Assembly (NCBI GenBank): GCA_030683815.1
Contig: JAUXPJ010000018.1
Span: forward strand, 55,410-119,409
Length of the DNA stretch: 64,000 bases
Source: Flavobacteriaceae bacterium
Lineage (GTDB): Bacteria > Bacteroidota > Bacteroidia > Flavobacteriales > Flavobacteriaceae
Reading direction: 5' to 3'
The position numbers and the translations under genes are program-made. A model generated the notes under the pieces. It searched no databases. It was not told the origin of the DNA and saw only the letters and a program-made list of their open reading frames with translations. Below, piece by piece: positions 26,476 to 36,941 of the stretch; positions within the stretch are counted from its first letter, which is position 1, and each line of letters opens with the position of its first letter.

Positions 26476-27486
26476 ATGAAACTTGAAAACTACATAAGCG
26501 ATTTACTTTACCGATACGAATGTGTTATTGTTCCTGATTTTGGGGGATTTATCACTTCAGAATTTGGATCAAAGATTAATTATAACAACCATCATTTTTA
26601 TCCGCCTTACAAAAAATTAGCTTTCAATGCTTATTTAAAAAATAATGACGGATTATTGGTTAATTATATCGCCTCAGTAGATCAAATTTCATTTGAAGAA
26701 GCCGCTGCTTGGTTAAAAGAAACTGTATTATTTTGGAATGAAAAAATGGAAAGGGGTGAATTGTTGCTGTCTAAAATAGGAACTTTTCAACGCAATGCAG
26801 AAAGAAAATTACAGTTTGAGCCGGACTTAGTTGAAAATTATCTCACTTCTTCCTTTGGTTTGTCTTCGGTAATTTCTGAAGCTATTGGCCGAGAAGTGCT
26901 AAAAGTTGTTCAGAAAAAAGTTCTTGTAAAACCTATGGTTGTTGTGGAGAAAGAAGTTGAAATTACACCATCAATTGCGGCAATTACAAAACCTGAAACT
27001 GCTGCAATTCAGCTTCCTGAAAAACCGAATCCAATCCTTAGAACTTTGCCGGTTATTACAAAATATGCAGCGATGGCAACTATTGCAGTTACTTTATTTG
27101 GACTTGGCAACAAATATTATCAGCAAAAATTACAAGAAGAATTTATTGTAGCCACACAGCAGCATCAGCAACAAACAGAGCAACATATACAAGAAGCTAC
27201 TTTTGTCATTAGCAACCCGCTTCCGATGATTACTTTACATATAGAAAAAGAAGCTAAAAATTTCCATGTGATTGCCGGTGCTTTTAGAAATATTGAAAAT
27301 GCTGAGAGAAAAGTAAGTCAGCTTAAGCAAATGGGATATGATGCGCACATCATCAGCACTAATAAATGGAATTTGACTCAAGTGGCCTATGAAAGTTTTT
27401 CATCGATGGAAGATGCAACGAAAGCGTTGACTCAAATTTTGAATAAAGTAGATGAAGAAGCTTGGGTTTTAGTAACCAAAAATTAA
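26476..27486 (+). CDS. SPOR domain protein with N-terminal HU-like (HU-CCDC81-type) domain
   Basis: N-terminus LENYISDLLYRYECVIVPDFGGF, central TM, C-terminal SPOR-like FHVIAGAFRNIENAERKVSQLKQMGYDAHII. Start placed at ATG 26476. Confidence 0.7.
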   Translation: MKLENYISDLLYRYECVIVPDFGGFITSEFGSKINYNNHHFYPPYKKLAFNAYLKNNDGLLVNYIASVDQISFEEAAAWLKETVLFWNEKMERGELLLSKIGTFQRNAERKLQFEPDLVENYLTSSFGLSSVISEAIGREVLKVVQKKVLVKPMVVVEKEVEITPSIAAITKPETAAIQLPEKPNPILRTLPVITKYAAMATIAVTLFGLGNKYYQQKLQEEFIVATQQHQQQTEQHIQEATFVISNPLPMITLHIEKEAKNFHVIAGAFRNIENAERKVSQLKQMGYDAHIISTNKWNLTQVAYESFSSMEDATKALTQILNKVDEEAWVLVTKN

Positions 27487-27563
27487 TCACTTAACTTTAT
27501 AATTGATAAATCGTTTCCTTCATATTTTATGGAGATTCTATAATTACAGCTAAATCCAAAAAA

Positions 27564-28073
27564 ATGACTTCAAAAACACCTCAGAAATCTTTAACCATTT
27601 TAACCGATATCGTTTTACCGGGAGAAACCAATCCGTTAAACAATCTTTTTGGTGGAGATATTTTAGCGCGGATGGATCGTGCATCGAGTATAGCTGCACG
27701 CAGACATTGCAGTGAAATTGTGGTTACAGCATCCGTAAATCACGTAGCTTTTAACAAAGCCATTCCGGTAGGAAGTGTTTATACAATTGAAGCCAAGGTT
27801 TCCAGATCATTTTCATCATCCATGGAAATAATTGCTGATGTTTGGGTAGAAGATCGCAAAACCAACGACCGTATTAAAGCCATTGAAGGAATTTATACTT
27901 TTGTAGCGGTTGATGCCAATGGAAAACCTACCCGAGTTCCTGAAATTACTCCAAAAACAGAGCTCGAAAAACAACGTTTTAACAGTGCGTTAAGAAGAAA
28001 ACAACTCAGTTTAGTTTTATCCGGAAAAATGAAAGCAGTTGATGCCACTGAGTTAAAAGCGTTGTTTGAATAA
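27564..28073 (+). CDS. Acyl-CoA thioesterase (hotdog fold, YciA-like)
   Basis: 169 aa; VLPGETNPLNNLFGGDILARMDRASSIAA motif. Confidence 0.85.
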   Translation: MTSKTPQKSLTILTDIVLPGETNPLNNLFGGDILARMDRASSIAARRHCSEIVVTASVNHVAFNKAIPVGSVYTIEAKVSRSFSSSMEIIADVWVEDRKTNDRIKAIEGIYTFVAVDANGKPTRVPEITPKTELEKQRFNSALRRKQLSLVLSGKMKAVDATELKALFE

Positions 28074-28243
28074 AGCAATAAGCAATAGGCAAAAGCGAAT
28101 AGGAAATAGCGAAAAGCCATTAGCCAAGAGCCAAAAGCAGTTAACCGAGAACCTAGAAATTTAACCAATTAAGCCATTTTCAAATTGGCACATTTCCAAA
28201 TTAATGAATTTCCAAATTAAAAACTTTCAACATTCAAACTCCC
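28074..28243 (-). repeat. Mosaic intergenic repeat, copy R1
   Basis: Shares ordered modules with 35056-35170 and 38958-39058: AACTTTCAAC (28222-28231), CCATTTTCAAATT (28174-28186), TTAGCCAAGAGCCAAAAGC (28120-28138). Confidence 0.7.
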
Positions 28244-29473
28244 TTACATATTATAAATCCAGCTGGTCGGATTTTCACGATTGGTATCTCTCCACATTTG
28301 GAATTTCAAAATGGTTTTGTCAGTCACTCGGTCGGTGTGAATTAAACCAATTTCTTGTTTGGTTCCAACTTTATCACCTTTTTTAACATACACTTGTTCC
28401 AGATTATTGTAGATAGAAATATAGTTACCATGTTGTATGTAAACCGCAAATTGACCGCTCACCGATTGAATAGCCAAAACAGTTCCTTCAAAAACAGAAC
28501 GTGCCTTAGAACCCTCTTCAGTAGCGATATAAATTCCGTTACTTTCTACGGTAATTCCCGGCAAAGTTGGATGCGGTTGTGTTCCATATCCTCTAACAAC
28601 TAATCCTTTTACAACAGGCCAAGGAAGTTTCCCTCTATTTTCAGTAAATTTAGAGGCCAGCGCTTTGGCTTCTGTGGTTAATATAAATCCGGCACTTGCT
28701 TTAGTTTCGGTGGTTGTAACACCGGCTTTTTTATTAGATTTTGCTATTTCATCTCTAATTAATCGCTCTATTTGAGCATCTATTTTTCTTTCCTGCGCTT
28801 CTTTGGCTCTGATTTGAGCAATATATTGTTTTTCTTTTTTCTTAACCTGAGTCACTAATTTCTCTTGAGATTTTTTCTCTTGTTCAATTTTTTCTTGTTC
28901 GGTTTTCTTTTCATTTAACAAGATGATTTTATCTGCTTTCTTTACTTTTAAAGTATCGGTTAAGCCCAATAATTTATTTGTTTTGCGCTCTATTTCTTCA
29001 CCTTGTTTTTTGCGATAGCCGGTATATTGTTTCATATACTGAAATCGTCTGTACGCTTGATTGAAATTTTCGGATGATAAGACAAACATCAAACGGCTGT
29101 GTTTTGATTTACTTTTGTACGATCGGTAAATCATATCGGCATAATCTCTTTTGAGGATGGCCAACTCAAATTCTAAATCTTTGATTTGCCGTTCATTTCT
29201 TCTGATTTCATTCTGAATAATATTGGCCTCTTCGTTAATGGTGGTAATTAATTTAGTTCGGATTTTAATTTTTTGATTTAAATCACTTATTTGAGATACG
29301 AGGTTTTTTTCTTCTTTTTTGGTTTTAAAAAGTAAATTATTGATGGTTTTTATCTCATTTTGAAGTTGGATGCGCTGCTCTTCTAATTTCTTGCGATCAG
29401 TTTGTGCGGAAACGTTTCCTATCAAAAAAAGGACTAAAATAAAAGTGATATGTTTCGGTTTAAGTGGCATCAA
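28244..29473 (-). CDS. Murein hydrolase activator/peptidase M23 family protein (EnvC-like)
   Basis: Signal peptide, about 250 aa of coiled coil, C-terminal LytM/M23 domain (VYIQHGNYISIYNNL...GDKV). Confidence 0.85.
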   Translation of the reverse strand: MMPLKPKHITFILVLFLIGNVSAQTDRKKLEEQRIQLQNEIKTINNLLFKTKKEEKNLVSQISDLNQKIKIRTKLITTINEEANIIQNEIRRNERQIKDLEFELAILKRDYADMIYRSYKSKSKHSRLMFVLSSENFNQAYRRFQYMKQYTGYRKKQGEEIERKTNKLLGLTDTLKVKKADKIILLNEKKTEQEKIEQEKKSQEKLVTQVKKKEKQYIAQIRAKEAQERKIDAQIERLIRDEIAKSNKKAGVTTTETKASAGFILTTEAKALASKFTENRGKLPWPVVKGLVVRGYGTQPHPTLPGITVESNGIYIATEEGSKARSVFEGTVLAIQSVSGQFAVYIQHGNYISIYNNLEQVYVKKGDKVGTKQEIGLIHTDRVTDKTILKFQMWRDTNRENPTSWIYNM

Positions 29474-30249
29474 TTTAATTGTATCAATTTATATCCATTC
29501 GGAATTTCAAAAGGAAAAGTTAAGGGCTCATTAAACTCAACTAATTTAAAATCTAATTTTATTTTGGTTAAATGGTCAGATTCAACGGCTTCAATAATCA
29601 TTTTGTTTGGAAAATATTCTTTATTGATGAAGTAATAATTTTTATAAACCACACTTAAATATTTATTTTTATAAGGCTGAATGATTAATTGTTTATCCAA
29701 TTTAAAATGCTGCGGATTGATCCAAAATAAAAACGAAATCAATTGCTGATTCGTATGATGTTTTAATAAATGTGCATTTTCATCAATAGAAACTTCATAA
29801 TTTTTATTATCAAGAGAAGAAATAGCCTGTCCTAACAACAAATTTTGGATTTTATCAAAATCTAATTCTACACCAAGCCAATCAGAAAGAACGGTGAAAT
29901 CTCCTTCAAAATAAGTTTCATTAATTTTTTCGTAATAGCTCACTTTTTCGGGAGTAATCAACGCCTTAACCAATGGAATTCCCAACACTGTTCCGGTAAT
30001 CCAGATAGTTTTATCTTTTTCCATTCGAAGATTGGCTACAAAACTTTGCGCTGTTTTTGTATCTTGATAATCAACATTAATTTTGGCTTTAATGGTATTT
30101 TGATCAAAATTATTTTGCTGATAGTTTTTTACCACATTTTCTACCGATAAGGGTTTTGCTGTAAAATTCTCTGCAATGACCTTTTTGCTCCTACATGAAG
30201 TTGCTGTTAACACTAAAAATGCCCATAAAACTATAAAAACTATCCGCAT
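29470..30249 (-). CDS. DUF4292-like (LolB-fold) lipoprotein
   Basis: 259 aa, lipobox LTATSC; 4-nt overlap with the downstream M23 gene; family assignment is from memory of this conserved gene pair. Confidence 0.55.
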   Translation of the reverse strand: MRIVFIVLWAFLVLTATSCRSKKVIAENFTAKPLSVENVVKNYQQNNFDQNTIKAKINVDYQDTKTAQSFVANLRMEKDKTIWITGTVLGIPLVKALITPEKVSYYEKINETYFEGDFTVLSDWLGVELDFDKIQNLLLGQAISSLDNKNYEVSIDENAHLLKHHTNQQLISFLFWINPQHFKLDKQLIIQPYKNKYLSVVYKNYYFINKEYFPNKMIIEAVESDHLTKIKLDFKLVEFNEPLTFPFEIPNGYKLIQLN

Positions 30250-30296
30250 TCAAAAATTGATTTAAATTGTTTAAACAACAATCTTGCCAAGTATTT

Positions 30297-31313
30297 TTAG
30301 GTTAATTCTGAATAATCACCGATACTTACCGAGCTAAATTTACCGTTAAAAATGGCGTTGCTGCCAATCATTGCATTAGATAAGTTGGCGTATTTTATCT
30401 GAGTATTTTGCTGAATGAGTGAATTTTCTATCACCGAATTTTCTACCACACAAGCATCGCCTAAAGAAACATACGGGCCAATTTTGGCATTGATCAATTT
30501 TACTCCGGCACCGATATAACAGGGCTGAATAATTGTTGCGTTTTCTAAAACAATATCTTTTGATACTAAATTTTCTCCTTCTAAATGCGAAAATTCCAAC
30601 ACTTTTTTATTGGTTAAAACCGTTACATCTTTGTTGCCGCAATCCATCCATTCGGCTACTTGTCCGGATACAAAAGTCAAGCCATTCACTTTCATATTTT
30701 CCAGCGCGTTGGTCAGTTGATATTCTCCTTTTTCGGTGATGTTGTTATCAATTAAATATTGAATTTCGCTCTTAAGGATTTCACCTTTTTTGAAATAATA
30801 GATACCGATAATCGCTAAATCAGATACAAATTCTTGCGGTTTTTCTACAAACTCTGTAATTCTTCCGTCTTGAATTTTAATCACTCCAAATGCTTTCGGA
30901 TTTTCTACTTGCTTAACCCAAATAACACCATCGGCTTTATCGTCCAATTTAAAATCGGCTTTGAATAGCGTATCAGCAAAAGCCACCACACAAGGTCCAT
31001 CTAAAACCGAAGCTGCCTGATGTATGGCATGCGCCGTTCCCAAAGCTTCTTCTTGGATAAACACGGAACCTTTGGCTCCTAAATTTTGAGCAATTTTTAA
31101 TAATTGTTTTTCAGTATCAGCAGGAAATCCCTTCGCAACCGGACCGATGATAAAAGCAATTTCATCTATTTTCTGATTGACAACCTTGGTGATATCTTCT
31201 ACCAATCGTTGAACAATTGGTTTTCCTGCAATTAAAGTTAGTGGTTTTGGAACCGTGAGCGTGTGTGGTCTTAGTCTGGAACCAATGCCCGCCATGGGTA
31301 CTATTATTTTCAT
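30297..31313 (-). CDS. Sugar-phosphate nucleotidyltransferase with C-terminal hexapeptide-repeat domain
   Basis: N-terminal PMAGIGSRLRPHTLTVPKPL NTP-transferase motif and a left-handed beta-helix-like C-terminus. Confidence 0.8.
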   Translation of the reverse strand: MKIIVPMAGIGSRLRPHTLTVPKPLTLIAGKPIVQRLVEDITKVVNQKIDEIAFIIGPVAKGFPADTEKQLLKIAQNLGAKGSVFIQEEALGTAHAIHQAASVLDGPCVVAFADTLFKADFKLDDKADGVIWVKQVENPKAFGVIKIQDGRITEFVEKPQEFVSDLAIIGIYYFKKGEILKSEIQYLIDNNITEKGEYQLTNALENMKVNGLTFVSGQVAEWMDCGNKDVTVLTNKKVLEFSHLEGENLVSKDIVLENATIIQPCYIGAGVKLINAKIGPYVSLGDACVVENSVIENSLIQQNTQIKYANLSNAMIGSNAIFNGKFSSVSIGDYSELT

Positions 31314-31470
31314 GTGTATATAATTGTTTGTTTTTTAATGGTCACATGAATATCCATAAAATTAATAGGTATTTACCTCAAAATTTGTCATGGCTATTTC
31401 ATGTGTAAATTTTATTAAAATGGTTTGCAATATACAACATCTGTTGTAAATTTAGAAGGTTGATAATGGC

Positions 31471-33150
31471 TTAAATTCCTTTAGGAATGGCGTTGATCAG
31501 TTTTTGGGTATATTCATTTTGCGGATGCCTGTAAAGCATATCTGCCTCTCCTTTTTCTACTATTTTTCCTTGATGCATCACCACCATTTGGTCTGCCATG
31601 TATTTTACAACCGCTAAATCATGCGATATAAATAAATAGGTAAATTGAAATTCTTCTTTTAGTTGATTCAACAAATTCAAAACCTGTGCCTGAACAGAAA
31701 CATCCAATGCCGAAACAGATTCATCGCAGATAATTAATTTAGGATGCAGTGCAATGGCGCGCGCAATGCCGATGCGTTGTCGTTGACCACCCGAAAACTC
31801 ATGCGGATAGCGCGAATAATGGGTTTCATTTAATCCGACTTTTTCTAAAAGCGATATCACCGCTGCTTTTCTTTCTTTGTTAGATAATAGAATTTTATGC
31901 ACTTTCATCGGTTCTAAAATAGCATCGCCAATCGTAATTCTCGGATTCAAAGAAGCGTACGGATCTTGAAAAATAATTTGAATTTCCTTTCTCAAAACAA
32001 TCCAATCTTTCGGTTTTAATTGGGTAATATCAATTCCTTTATAAAATATTTTTCCAGATGTTGGTTGTTCTAAATTTAGAATGGTTCTGCCCAAAGTTGT
32101 TTTTCCGCAACCCGATTCTCCTGCCAATCCTACCGTTTCTCCTTCGTAAATATCCAAGGAAACGGCGTCAACCGCTTTTATCAAATCCGCTTTTTGAAAC
32201 CATCCTTTATCAATGGTAAAGTATTTTTTTAAATTTTTAACTTGCAGCAAAGGAGGTTGAGCATATAATAACTCATGTCTCTTTTTTCGATTTTCTTTGG
32301 TAAGGGTTTCTGCTAAAAAATCATTATTCAGAAAATTTTGAACGGTCGGTAATATTTTTAAACGCTCATTCAGTTTGGGTTTAGAATTAATCAGCGCTTG
32401 GGTGTACGGATGTTTCGGATTTTTAAACACCTCAGCAACGGTTCCTTGTTCCACAATTTCACCGTCTTTCATCACCAAAACTCTTTGGGCAATTTCAGAA
32501 ATGAGGGTTAAATCGTGCGAAATAAACAAAATACTCATGCCGTTTTGCGCTTGCAATTCTTTTAACAATTCAATAATTGTTTGCTGAACGGTCACATCCA
32601 AAGCGGTGGTTGGTTCATCGGCAATTAACAATTTCGGATTGTTGGCAATCGCCATCGCAATCATAACGCGCTGTTTTTGACCGCCAGAAATTTGATGCGG
32701 ATATTGGTTGTAAAGAGTTGAAACTCTTGGAAGTTTTACCTGTTCAAACAATTCTAGAACTCTTTTTTTAGCTTCAGAATCTGATAAATTCTGATGTTGT
32801 AAAATCATTTCTTTTACTTGGAAACCGCAGGTTAAACTCGGATTTAAAGAACTCATCGGCTCTTGGAAAATCATCGCCATTTGCTTGCCCCGAATTTTTC
32901 TCCACGTTTTTTCTGATTTGTTTTTAAGCGATTCATCACCCAAAAATAATTCACCATTTACAAGCGCATTTGGTGGCAATAATCCCATTAAAGCCAAAGA
33001 AGTAATCGATTTTCCACTGCCCGATTCGCCTACAATTCCGACAATTTCATGGGCAAATACTTCAAAAGAAATAGCGTTAACCGCCATCGTTTTCTGATGG
33101 TCTGTTTCAAAAGAAACACTTAATTTATTGGTGCTGATAACAGGTTTCAT
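31471..33150 (-). CDS. Duplicated ABC transporter ATP-binding protein (DppD/DppF-type fusion)
   Basis: Two cassettes: Walker A GESGSGKS and GESGCGKTT, signatures ISGGQKQR and FSGGQRQR; no permease adjacent. Confidence 0.9.
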   Translation of the reverse strand: MKPVISTNKLSVSFETDHQKTMAVNAISFEVFAHEIVGIVGESGSGKSITSLALMGLLPPNALVNGELFLGDESLKNKSEKTWRKIRGKQMAMIFQEPMSSLNPSLTCGFQVKEMILQHQNLSDSEAKKRVLELFEQVKLPRVSTLYNQYPHQISGGQKQRVMIAMAIANNPKLLIADEPTTALDVTVQQTIIELLKELQAQNGMSILFISHDLTLISEIAQRVLVMKDGEIVEQGTVAEVFKNPKHPYTQALINSKPKLNERLKILPTVQNFLNNDFLAETLTKENRKKRHELLYAQPPLLQVKNLKKYFTIDKGWFQKADLIKAVDAVSLDIYEGETVGLAGESGCGKTTLGRTILNLEQPTSGKIFYKGIDITQLKPKDWIVLRKEIQIIFQDPYASLNPRITIGDAILEPMKVHKILLSNKERKAAVISLLEKVGLNETHYSRYPHEFSGGQRQRIGIARAIALHPKLIICDESVSALDVSVQAQVLNLLNQLKEEFQFTYLFISHDLAVVKYMADQMVVMHQGKIVEKGEADMLYRHPQNEYTQKLINAIPKGI

Positions 33151-33220
33151 TTCGATTTCTAAATTACTGTATTTTACTTAGGTTACGAAAATTAGTGCTT
33201 ACTTTGTAAAAATTTTCTGC

Positions 33221-35068
33221 ATGAATTATTTGTCGGTTGAAAACATTTCAAAATCTTATGGCGCTCTAACACTTTTTGAGGATATTTCTTTTGGCATCAA
33301 TCAAGGTCAAAAAATCGGATTTATCGCTAAAAACGGAAGCGGAAAAACCTCTTTACTCAATATTATTGCGGGTAGAGATGTGCCCGATAGCGGACAAGTC
33401 ATCAGCCGAAAAGGATTAAAAATCGCCTATTTATCGCAAGATGATTTTTTTGAGGATGCACTTACCATCAGTGAAGCTATTTTTAGCGCCGATAATCCGT
33501 TGCTCAAAATTATTGAACAATACGAAAATGCTTTGTTGAATCCTGATGATGCTGAGGGCTATCAAAAAGCATTTGAATTGATGGAACAACATCAAGCTTG
33601 GGATTTGGAAAATCAGTTTAAGCAAATCTTATCGATGTTGAAATTAGAGCAGTTAGACCAAAAAGTTGGAACGCTTTCTGGTGGACAAAAAAAACGCTTG
33701 TCTCTAGCCATTGCTTTGCTTCAAAAACCCGATTTATTACTGTTAGATGAGCCCACCAATCATCTAGATTTAGACATGATAGAATGGCTGGAAAAGTTTT
33801 TCGCCAAAGAAAATTTTACGATTTTAATGGTCACACACGACCGTTATTTTCTGGAAAATGCCTGTAATGAAATCATCGAATTGGACAACGGAATCATTTA
33901 TCGCTATAAAGGAAATTACGCTTATTTTTTAGAAAAAAGAGCTGAGCGGATTGCACAGGAACAATCGGAAGTTGATAAGGCAAAAAATTTATTTTCTACC
34001 GAATTGGAATGGATGCGCCGCCAGCCGAAAGCGAGAACAACCAAATCCAAATCGCGCCAAGATGATTTTTACATCTTAAAAGAGCAAGCTCATAAACGCA
34101 GAAATGAACACAAAGTTCAGCTCGAAATCAATATGGAACGCTTGGGAAGTAAAATTGTTGAATTGCATCACGTTTCCAAAAAATACGGTGATAAGACCAT
34201 CATCAATAAGTTTGATTATGTGTTCAAAAAAGGTGAACGCATCGGAATTATCGGAAAAAACGGTACCGGAAAAACTACTTTTTTAAAACTAATTACTGAA
34301 CAGATACAACCAACTGCCGGAAAAGTAATTATAGGTGAAACTGTTAAAATGGGCTATTATACGCAAGATGGTATTGTGGTAAAACCCGGACAACGCGTGA
34401 TTGAAGTAATTAAAGAATTTGGCGACTATATTCCGCTGACCAAAGGAAGGCACATCAGCGCCGCACAATTACTAGAAAGATTCTTATTTACGCATAAAAA
34501 ACAACATGATTATGTAGAGAAACTTTCGGGTGGTGAGCAAAAAAGATTGTATTTATGTACGGTTTTGATACAAAATCCTAATTTTTTAATACTGGATGAG
34601 CCCACCAACGACCTCGATATTTTAACGCTGAATGTTTTAGAAAACTTTTTACTCGATTTCCCCGGAAATATTATGGTGGTATCGCACGATCGATATTTTA
34701 TGGATAAAATCGTCGATGAATTATTTGTTTTCCAAGGCGATGGCGTTATTGATGTTTTTCCTGGAAACTATACCGATTATCGTGTTTATGAGCAATCACA
34801 ACCCAAAGAAGAATCAACTAAAAAAGGGGATACGCGCGTAAAAACAACGACCAAAAAACTGACTTATAAAGAACAGCAAGAGTTTCAACAATTGGAAAAA
34901 GATTTGGCAAAACTCGAACTTCAGAAAAAAACATGGGAACAAGAATTAGTGGAGGGTAAAATTTCCAATGAAAAGCTGTATTTGCACACCAAAAACCTAC
35001 AAGAACTTATTCAATTAATTGAGATCAAAGAAGAGCATTGGTTGGAGTTATCGATGTTAGAAAGTTGA
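33221..35068 (+). CDS. ABC-F family ATPase (Uup/EttA-like)
   Basis: Two cassettes (GKNGSGKTS, GKNGTGKTT; LSGGQKKR, LSGGEQKR), inter-domain linker, C-terminal coiled coil, no TM partner. Confidence 0.9.
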   Translation: MNYLSVENISKSYGALTLFEDISFGINQGQKIGFIAKNGSGKTSLLNIIAGRDVPDSGQVISRKGLKIAYLSQDDFFEDALTISEAIFSADNPLLKIIEQYENALLNPDDAEGYQKAFELMEQHQAWDLENQFKQILSMLKLEQLDQKVGTLSGGQKKRLSLAIALLQKPDLLLLDEPTNHLDLDMIEWLEKFFAKENFTILMVTHDRYFLENACNEIIELDNGIIYRYKGNYAYFLEKRAERIAQEQSEVDKAKNLFSTELEWMRRQPKARTTKSKSRQDDFYILKEQAHKRRNEHKVQLEINMERLGSKIVELHHVSKKYGDKTIINKFDYVFKKGERIGIIGKNGTGKTTFLKLITEQIQPTAGKVIIGETVKMGYYTQDGIVVKPGQRVIEVIKEFGDYIPLTKGRHISAAQLLERFLFTHKKQHDYVEKLSGGEQKRLYLCTVLIQNPNFLILDEPTNDLDILTLNVLENFLLDFPGNIMVVSHDRYFMDKIVDELFVFQGDGVIDVFPGNYTDYRVYEQSQPKEESTKKGDTRVKTTTKKLTYKEQQEFQQLEKDLAKLELQKKTWEQELVEGKISNEKLYLHTKNLQELIQLIEIKEEHWLELSMLES

Positions 35069-35170
35069 AAGTTGGCTAATTAGATAATTAGATAATTTGA
35101 AAATGGTTTTTTTCTAATCGCTTTTGGCTTATGGCTAAATTCTAAATACTAAATACCAGATACTAAAAAT
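35056..35170 (+). repeat. Mosaic intergenic repeat, copy R3
   Basis: GTTGAAAGTT (35064-35073), AATTTGAAAATGG (35094-35106), GCTTTTGGCTTATGGCTAA (35120-35138), in the same order as the reverse complement of R1 and R2. Confidence 0.7.
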
Positions 35171-35215
35171 CCCCATGTTTTACGTACATTTATCGTTTAT
35201 TAACGGTATTCTAAC

Positions 35216-35920
35216 ATGAATAACAGCTCACTTAAAATACTTTTGGTTGATGATGAACCCGATATTTTAGAAATTGTTGGGTATAACTTAACCCAAGAAA
35301 GATATACTATTTTTAAAGCCAGCAATGGTAAAGAGGCTATTTCAATGGCACAAAAACATCAACCTCATTTAATTTTATTAGATGTTATGATGCCTGAAAT
35401 GAACGGCTTAGAAGCATGTGTAATGCTTAGAACCTTATCTGGTTTAGAAAACGTATTGATTGCTTTTTTTACCGCTCGCAATGAAGAATATTCGCAACTT
35501 ACCGGTTTTGATGCCGGCGCCGATGATTATATTACCAAACCCATCAAACCAAAAATATTGGTGAGTAAAGTAAAGGCGTTGTTGCGCAGAGTATCATCAG
35601 CAAACAATAAAAACACACTTTCTTTTGGTCATTTAATCATCAATAAAGAACGTTATCAAGTAAGTGTTCATGGCACTTTAATCGATTTTCCCAAAAAAGA
35701 ATTTGAGTTGCTCGCGCTTTTAGCATCCGATTCTGAAAGAATTTTTACCCGCCATGAAATATTAGAAACTGTTTGGGGAAATGAAGTAATAGTTGGCGAA
35801 CGAACTATTGATGTACACATCAGAAAAATTAGAGAAAAAATTGGCGATAATTTTGTGGCAACCATTAAGGGCGTGGGATATCGTTTTATAACTCCAAATC
35901 AACACAAAGATGAAGTTTAA
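35216..35920 (+). CDS. OmpR/PhoB-type response regulator
   Basis: Receiver domain (LVDDEPD...LLDVMMP) plus winged helix (TIDVHIRKIREKI...GVGYRF). Confidence 0.9.
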   Translation: MNNSSLKILLVDDEPDILEIVGYNLTQERYTIFKASNGKEAISMAQKHQPHLILLDVMMPEMNGLEACVMLRTLSGLENVLIAFFTARNEEYSQLTGFDAGADDYITKPIKPKILVSKVKALLRRVSSANNKNTLSFGHLIINKERYQVSVHGTLIDFPKKEFELLALLASDSERIFTRHEILETVWGNEVIVGERTIDVHIRKIREKIGDNFVATIKGVGYRFITPNQHKDEV

Positions 35921-36941
35921 AAAATCGTATGGGTTTTCTTTCGGATCCGCTTTAATGCTGACATTTTTTACCACCATTGTGTTAATGATATTGATGTATT
36001 TTTTTTATGATACTATCATTGTTAATTTTGTATTAGAATTTGCATTGCTCATTTTTTTATCTTCGTTTATCATCATCCAATACCGCGTAGAAAAATTGAT
36101 TTTTAAACGGATTGGACGTATTTTTGAACGCGCTGGAGATCCTCATTTATCAGAAATTAAAAAAGAACAAGGTCCGTCGGATATGGAATCCCTCTCTCGC
36201 GAGGTTCAGAAGTTTGCCGATGAAAAAAGACAAGAAGTTGATGTTTTGAATGAAAGAGAACATTACAGACGGGAGTTTTTAGGCAATATTTCGCACGAAT
36301 TAAAAACACCGTTGTTTACTGTTCAAGGATATATTTTAACTTTATTGGATGGCGCTATTAAAGATAAAGAAGTTCGAACCAAATATTTGGAACGCGCCGG
36401 AAAAGGCGTTGAACGATTGATTTATATTACCAAAGATTTAGAATTGATTGCCGGTTTAGAATCTGAAGAACTCAAGCTGAATTATACTCATTTCGATATT
36501 GTAAATTTAGTTCAAAATGTGTTTGATTTGCTGGAGATGAAAGCTAAAAAACGGAATATCAGACTTCAATTTGACCGCGATTTTGAGTTTCCTGTTTGGG
36601 TAAAAGCAGATCAAGAACGCATAGAACAAGTACTGATTAATTTGTTGGTCAACACCATTAAATACGGCAAACAAGATGGTTGGGCGATGGTCTCAATTCT
36701 AATCGATGAAAAAAAGGTAAAAATTGCTGTTAGAGACAACGGCGAAGGTATAAAACCAGAACATTTGCCGCGTATTTTTGAACGATTTTACCGTGTAGAT
36801 CAAAGTCGCTCCAGAGAACAAGGAGGTTCCGGATTGGGCTTATCTATTGTAAAACATATTATGGAAGCGCATCACGAAACCGTTGTGGCACAAAGTGTTT
36901 TTGGCGAAGGAAGTACTTTTATATTTACACTTGAGTATTGA
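35910..36941 (+). CDS. Sensor histidine kinase (PhoR-like architecture)
   Basis: Two TM helices, H-box ISHELKTPL, HATPase boxes NLLVNTIKY, DNGEGI, GGSGLGLSIV; overlaps the regulator gene by 11 nt. Confidence 0.9.
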   Translation: MKFKKSYGFSFGSALMLTFFTTIVLMILMYFFYDTIIVNFVLEFALLIFLSSFIIIQYRVEKLIFKRIGRIFERAGDPHLSEIKKEQGPSDMESLSREVQKFADEKRQEVDVLNEREHYRREFLGNISHELKTPLFTVQGYILTLLDGAIKDKEVRTKYLERAGKGVERLIYITKDLELIAGLESEELKLNYTHFDIVNLVQNVFDLLEMKAKKRNIRLQFDRDFEFPVWVKADQERIEQVLINLLVNTIKYGKQDGWAMVSILIDEKKVKIAVRDNGEGIKPEHLPRIFERFYRVDQSRSREQGGSGLGLSIVKHIMEAHHETVVAQSVFGEGSTFIFTLEY

